A stretch of DNA of 32,000 nucleotides from Vibrio vulnificus CMCP6 (GTDB lineage Bacteria > Pseudomonadota > Gammaproteobacteria > Enterobacterales > Vibrionaceae), in contig NC_004459.3 of the NCBI RefSeq assembly GCF_000039765.1, forward strand, positions 2,896,104 to 2,928,103, read 5' to 3'. The translations under genes and the position numbers were made by a program. The notes below the pieces were generated by a model that was not told the origin of the DNA, ran no database searches, and was given only the letters and a program-made list of their open reading frames with translations. This document shows, piece after piece, positions 27,495 through 32,000 of this stretch (its first letter is position 1; each line of letters starts with the position of its first letter).

Positions 27495-29195
27495 ATGTTT
27501 AGAGCCGCTTATTTGATACTGATTTTAGTATGCATTGCCCCCGTTATTCCGGGCTTATTCGGCGTGTTGCTCTCGTCTTTTGGTTATATTCCTCCCGTTG
27601 GCTTGCACCAATTGTCTTCGGTCGGATTTGATGCGGTATTCACTTGGACTGGCGTGGAAAAATCCATCGCTTTGACGGTGTTTAGTGCTCTTTTCAGTAC
27701 CTACTTGGCTTGCTTGTTTACTTTCGCAATCTTGCAAGCCTTGTGGCAAAACCGCCATTGGAAAAAAGTGGAGTCGCTACTCTCTCCGCTGCTTGCGATG
27801 CCCCACGTGGCGTTTGCTATCGGTTTCGCCTTTCTCTTCTCTCCCACAGGGTTGGTTGCGCGAGTCGCTGCGCAAACGTTGGATGTTGGCCTATCAACGG
27901 ACGATAATGCTTGGTTTGTCAACGATCCGTATGCGTTGGGGTTGACCATTGCCCTCGCTCTGAAAGAAATCCCATTTTTGTTGCTCATGAGCGTGCCAGT
28001 GTTGCAACAGTTAAACGTGGCTCAGCTCAGTCAAGTCTCTGCCTCCATGGGCTATTCACCAGCACAATTCTGGTGGAAAACAGTCCTGCCTCAGTGGCTA
28101 CAAAAAATGCGTTTTCCACTGTTTGCTGTAATGGCTTATGGCGTTGCGGTGGTTGATCTCAGCTTGATCCTCGGCCCAACGAATCCTGCCACGTTTGCCG
28201 TATTGGTGTGGCAGTGGTTTAGTGATCCTGAGTTGGAGTTATTACCAAGAGCTGCCGCAGGTGCGATAGTTCTGTTTGTTATCGCCAGTCTGCTTATGGC
28301 AGCGATCGTACTGTTTGAAAAGAGTATCACGGGTTATTTTGGTCGCTGGCAGTATTCCGGTCGATTTGGTTTTTCGCTGCCAGGAAAAACACTCTTTGCT
28401 TTTTCAGCGTTACTGGCACTGACCATGTTTCCTTTGATGTTGCTCTGGAGCTTTGCCCACCGCTGGCGATTCCCCGATCTTCTACCCAGCCGTTATAGTG
28501 ATCGCTTTTGGCAGGCCGAATGGCAAAACGTACTGCCAACCGTAGAACAGAGTTTGCTTTTTGCCCTCGCTACAGCATGCGTGACTGTGCTTTTAGCCTT
28601 GGTGGCACATGAATACCGCGATAAGCATCGCATTCATCTTCCAGGTTATGTGATTGCCTTGCCGATGTTGATCCCGCAGCTTTCAATCTTATTTGGATTG
28701 CAAATTGCGACGCTTTATCTCTCGTCCGATGCCTATTCGCTTTGGGTATTGTGGTCACACGTGTTTTTTGCGTTTCCACTTGTTTATTTGGCTTTGGATG
28801 GCCCTTGGCGCAGCTACAACCACAACTACACGCGCGCCGCGCTCAGTCTTGGTAAAGCACCGATTTGGGTCTTTATTCGCATCAAGATGCCCATTCTGAT
28901 GCCGGCGATTTTGTATGCTTGGGCAGTCGGGGCAAGCGTGAGTCTTGCACAATATTTACCAACACTGATCCTCGGTGCGGGCCGCATCACCACCATTACC
29001 ACCGAAGCGGTGGCGCTCTCGAGCGGCTCAGATCGTCGCGTGACTGCCATTTACGCATTGTGGCAAGCCATACTGCCATTCGTTTTCTTTTCTATTGCCC
29101 TCTTTATTGGACATTTGCAAACGCGCCGCCATCACGCTCGCGTTAAGGACACTAAAACTCATGACGTTTTGTCTCGAAAACCTCGCCATCCATAA
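27495..29195 (+). CDS. ynjC: ABC transporter permease, YnjC-like (two fused permease halves)
   Basis: ORF 27432..29195; preferred start MFRAAYLILILVCIAPVIPG at 27495 (27432 also possible). Two EAA-like loops (ASMGYSPAQFWWKTVLPQWL; ALSLGKAPIWVFIRIKMPIL). Confidence 0.85.
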   Translation: MFRAAYLILILVCIAPVIPGLFGVLLSSFGYIPPVGLHQLSSVGFDAVFTWTGVEKSIALTVFSALFSTYLACLFTFAILQALWQNRHWKKVESLLSPLLAMPHVAFAIGFAFLFSPTGLVARVAAQTLDVGLSTDDNAWFVNDPYALGLTIALALKEIPFLLLMSVPVLQQLNVAQLSQVSASMGYSPAQFWWKTVLPQWLQKMRFPLFAVMAYGVAVVDLSLILGPTNPATFAVLVWQWFSDPELELLPRAAAGAIVLFVIASLLMAAIVLFEKSITGYFGRWQYSGRFGFSLPGKTLFAFSALLALTMFPLMLLWSFAHRWRFPDLLPSRYSDRFWQAEWQNVLPTVEQSLLFALATACVTVLLALVAHEYRDKHRIHLPGYVIALPMLIPQLSILFGLQIATLYLSSDAYSLWVLWSHVFFAFPLVYLALDGPWRSYNHNYTRAALSLGKAPIWVFIRIKMPILMPAILYAWAVGASVSLAQYLPTLILGAGRITTITTEAVALSSGSDRRVTAIYALWQAILPFVFFSIALFIGHLQTRRHHARVKDTKTHDVLSRKPRHP

Positions 29196-29811
29196 ACGCT
29201 CGGGCGAGACGCTGTTTTCCGACATCAATTTAACGATTGACGCCGGTGAGATTGTTAGCTTAATGGGCCCAAGTGGTTGCGGAAAATCCACACTACTGAG
29301 CCTTATCGCCGGTCATTTGAGTGACGAATTTGAATACTCAGGCACGCTTTCGCTTAACCAACGTGATCTCGCACCTTTGGCCCCACACCAGCGTCAGGTG
29401 GGCATTTTATTTCAAGATGATATGCTCTTTCCCCATTTGAATATTTGGCAAAATTTGGCGTTTGCACTGCCCAACGACATCAAAGGGGCGGAGCGAAAAG
29501 CACAGGCTATCAATGCTCTCGACAAAATCGCGTTGTCTGAGTTAGCCGACTCTTATCCAGAGCAAATTTCCGGGGGACAACGGGCGCGGGTCAGCTTGAT
29601 ACGAATGCTATTAGCCAAACCACAAATGGCACTGCTCGACGAGCCATTTAGTAAACTGGATAAAGAACTGAGAGTGCAATTTCGCGACTGGGTAATCAGC
29701 CAACTGCAACAGGCCAATATCCCAGCACTGATGGTGACCCACGATATTGATGACGTGCCGCCAGGAAGCCGAGTGCTGCATTGGCCTTGGGAGCAGTGCC
29801 ATGTTAGATAG
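29161..29811 (+). CDS. ynjD: ABC transporter ATP-binding protein, YnjD-like
   Basis: Preferred start MTFCLENLAIHKRSGE at 29161; Walker A GPSGCGKSTL; signature QISGGQRARVSLIRML; Walker B ALLDEPFSKLD. Confidence 0.9.
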   Translation: MTFCLENLAIHKRSGETLFSDINLTIDAGEIVSLMGPSGCGKSTLLSLIAGHLSDEFEYSGTLSLNQRDLAPLAPHQRQVGILFQDDMLFPHLNIWQNLAFALPNDIKGAERKAQAINALDKIALSELADSYPEQISGGQRARVSLIRMLLAKPQMALLDEPFSKLDKELRVQFRDWVISQLQQANIPALMVTHDIDDVPPGSRVLHWPWEQCHVR

Positions 29812-30424
29812 ATTTAGCATTAAAGTGATACGTTGGCCGCTGACGCAAAGTGCCCAAGTGCTCAACCATTATGGTGTCACCGCCAATCAGATCACCGTGC
29901 TCGGTTTTGTCTTAGGCTGTTTTGCCCTTCCCGCCCTAATGGCAGAGCAATACCTGCTGGCATTGGCTTTTATTGTTTTAAATCGAGTCTGCGATGGGCT
30001 TGATGGGGCGTTAGCACGCCTCCAAGGGATCACCGACGCCGGTGGTTTTCTCGACATCAGCTTGGACTTTCTCTTCTACTCGCTCGTTCCTTTTGGCTTT
30101 GTCTTGGCTAACCCAGAACAAAACGCCATTGCTGGCGCGTTTTTGATTTTCTCTTTCATTGGAACAGGCAGCAGTTTTCTCGCTTTCGCGGTAATGGCAG
30201 GTAAACGGGGCATTGATAACCCGGTTTATCAAAACAAATCGCTTTATTACATGAGTGGGCTGACCGAAGGCACAGAAACCATTGCATGTTTTGTGTTGTT
30301 CTGCCTCTTCCCACACTCTTTCGCGACACTTGCTTACCTCTTTGGTGCCGCATGTTGGTTCACGACAGGGACACGTATCTACTCTGGCTTTCATACTCTC
30401 AATCAGGTTGATGAAGAGGAATAA
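29801..30424 (+). CDS. ynjF: CDP-alcohol phosphatidyltransferase family protein, YnjF-like
   Basis: Preferred start MLDRFSIKVIRWPL at 29801; CDGLDGALARLQGITDAGGFLDISLD matches the DG(x2)AR(x8)G(x3)D(x3)D signature. Confidence 0.88.
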   Translation: MLDRFSIKVIRWPLTQSAQVLNHYGVTANQITVLGFVLGCFALPALMAEQYLLALAFIVLNRVCDGLDGALARLQGITDAGGFLDISLDFLFYSLVPFGFVLANPEQNAIAGAFLIFSFIGTGSSFLAFAVMAGKRGIDNPVYQNKSLYYMSGLTEGTETIACFVLFCLFPHSFATLAYLFGAACWFTTGTRIYSGFHTLNQVDEEE

Positions 30425-30529
30425 GACAAATTGATCGACGTCAATAGAACATCAACTTTTGCCTGAATGCGATGTTCAAATGACAACACCTTGGTAGCAT
30501 AACCGCTCAAAATCCCATAAGAGGCGGTT

Positions 30530-32000
30530 ATGTCCCAAACGATTGACCAAGCGGTGTTGAAAATCGCACTGAATTTAAGTTCAACCCTATCAAGCGAACA
30601 ACAGTACCAACACTTGATTGATGGCATCGCTTCAGTATTTCCTTGTGATGCCGCCGCGTTATTTGTATTTGACCAAGACGGTTTTCTTACGCCCGTTGCG
30701 GTGAAGGGCTTATCCCCAGCGGTATTAGGCCGACGTTATTTTCCCGCCACCCATCCCCGTTTAGAGCGTATTTTACAAAGTCGCCACACGGTGCGCTTTG
30801 ATGCCGATTGCGCCCTACCCGATCCCTTTGATGGTTCGCTGCTCACCGAAGATCAATGTATCGATGTGCACGATTGTCTTGGCAGCAGCCTTTATGTCGA
30901 CGGCCAATTGGTTGGTGTACTAACAATGGATGCTCTGACCGTCGGCGCCTTTGATTATCTCGACCCCGTGATGGTGGAAACCTTTACCGCCTTAACCGCG
31001 GCCACCTTGCGCAATATTGCCCAGTTCAAGGCCTTGAAAGCGCAAAACAAAAAGCAAAAAAGCGTCACGCAAACGCTGATCCAGCAAGCGCGATCCCAGC
31101 AAGGAGAAATGGTGGGATTTAGCCCGCAAATCAATCAGCTGCGCAAACAAATCACCACCGTTGCCCCTTCAGATTACGCAGTATTGATCATGGGAGAAAC
31201 GGGCACAGGCAAAGAGCTGGTGGCGCATAACGTTCATGCGCAATCGCATCGCAGTGACAAGCCGATGATTTACGTGAACTGTGCGGCGCTCCCAGAAGGA
31301 TTGGCCGAGAGTGAGCTGTTTGGGCATGTAAAGGGCGCCTTTACCGGCGCCAATCAACATCGTGCAGGGAAATTCGAGCTGGCTGATGGGGGCACTATTT
31401 TTCTTGATGAAGTGGGCGAGCTGCCTCTGGTACTGCAAGCCAAATTGCTGCGCGTGATTCAGCAAGGGGAATTGCAGCGAGTCGGCAGTGATAAACACCT
31501 GCTGGTGAATGTGCGCATCATTGCCGCCACCAACCGAGATTTGGAGAAAGAAGTCGAAACAGGCCATTTTCGCGCCGACCTTTTCCATCGTCTGAATGTT
31601 TTCCCAATCAAGGTTCCAGCCCTACGTGAGCGAGAAGGCGATATCCCAGTATTAGCCGGTTATCTGCTTGAAAAAGTTCGCCATCAATTCAATGAGCCTA
31701 ACTTGCATGTTCACCCAAAACTTTTGAACCAATTAGAGCATCTACCTTGGTATGGTAACGTTCGTGAACTAGAACACACCCTCACTCGCGCCGCTTTGCA
31801 TGCCATTCAACAAGGACAGACCACCATCAAAAGCGACCATATTGGGACACTGACAAATCAACTTGATGTCAAAAACACATCCACCCTCTTTCCTGAACAA
31901 ACTCAAGGGATGAGAGAGTTGGTCGAATCCTATCAAAAACAATTAATTGAACACGCTTTATCCCAATCGGATGGAATTTGGGCGAAAGCCGCAGAGTTTC
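30530..32000 (+). CDS. norR: Nitric-oxide-responsive sigma-54-dependent regulator NorR (truncated by window end)
   Basis: Manual translation from ATG 30530: MSQTIDQAVLKIALNLSSTLSSEQQYQHLIDGIASVFPCDAAALFVFDQDGFLTPVAVKGLSPAVLGRRYFPATHPRLERIL (GAF domain like E. coli NorR), then GETGTGKELVAHNVH, GAFTGANQHRAGKFELADGGTIFLDEVGELPL. No stop before 32000. Confidence 0.88.
   Translation, partial: MSQTIDQAVLKIALNLSSTLSSEQQYQHLIDGIASVFPCDAAALFVFDQDGFLTPVAVKGLSPAVLGRRYFPATHPRLERILQSRHTVRFDADCALPDPFDGSLLTEDQCIDVHDCLGSSLYVDGQLVGVLTMDALTVGAFDYLDPVMVETFTALTAATLRNIAQFKALKAQNKKQKSVTQTLIQQARSQQGEMVGFSPQINQLRKQITTVAPSDYAVLIMGETGTGKELVAHNVHAQSHRSDKPMIYVNCAALPEGLAESELFGHVKGAFTGANQHRAGKFELADGGTIFLDEVGELPLVLQAKLLRVIQQGELQRVGSDKHLLVNVRIIAATNRDLEKEVETGHFRADLFHRLNVFPIKVPALREREGDIPVLAGYLLEKVRHQFNEPNLHVHPKLLNQLEHLPWYGNVRELEHTLTRAALHAIQQGQTTIKSDHIGTLTNQLDVKNTSTLFPEQTQGMRELVESYQKQLIEHALSQSDGIWAKAAEF

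Noticed and set aside
31169-31588. 139-aa minus-strand ORF antisense to norR
   Set aside because: It lies opposite the conserved sigma-54 AAA+ domain, whose codon bias commonly creates long shadow ORFs. The sequence shows no recognisable domain.
1-32000. CRISPR arrays, IS elements, integrons, phage genes, toxin-antitoxin or defence systems
   Set aside because: I looked for direct repeat arrays, transposase/integrase motifs and defence-type domains and saw none. Every large ORF has a core-genome explanation.

Overview
This window looks like ordinary core chromosome of a Vibrio-like gammaproteobacterium (inferred from protein similarity I recognise; no database search was run). Supported gene content, left to right: N-terminal part of a FadE-type acyl-CoA dehydrogenase (-) behind a PsrA-like TetR regulator (-); nhaA (-); an AttEFGH/Lol-like ABC locus (-); an NAD(P)-binding/DUF2867-like fusion (+); a CPA1 Na+/H+ antiporter with a C-terminal cyclic-nucleotide-binding-like domain (+); a DUF2913-like protein and a Bcr/CflA efflux pump (-); rsuA (-) and radD/yejH (+); a PepSY protein plus two-component pair (+); rplY (+); a DUF1800/DUF1501 secreted pair (+); a membrane GGDEF protein with an AGDEF motif (-); a small unknown ORF (+); a DUF1289 protein (-); a META/HslJ-like lipoprotein (+); a ynjBCD-ynjF-like operon (+); and norR (+), truncated by the window end. 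I found no CRISPR array, transposon, tRNA/rRNA or clear defence island. The most useful leads are non-coding: FadR-like and PsrA-like operators ahead of psrA-fadE, a possible intergenic sRNA with an intrinsic terminator (1180-1408), a mini-ORF and hairpins in the rplY leader, a multi-hairpin region ahead of a 73-aa ORF (24613-24857), hairpins in the bcr leader, and a hairpin that could cover the norR Shine-Dalgarno. Among proteins, the least explained are the ynjBCDF-like operon and the DUF1800/DUF1501 pair. I do not see strong evidence for a wholly new system.
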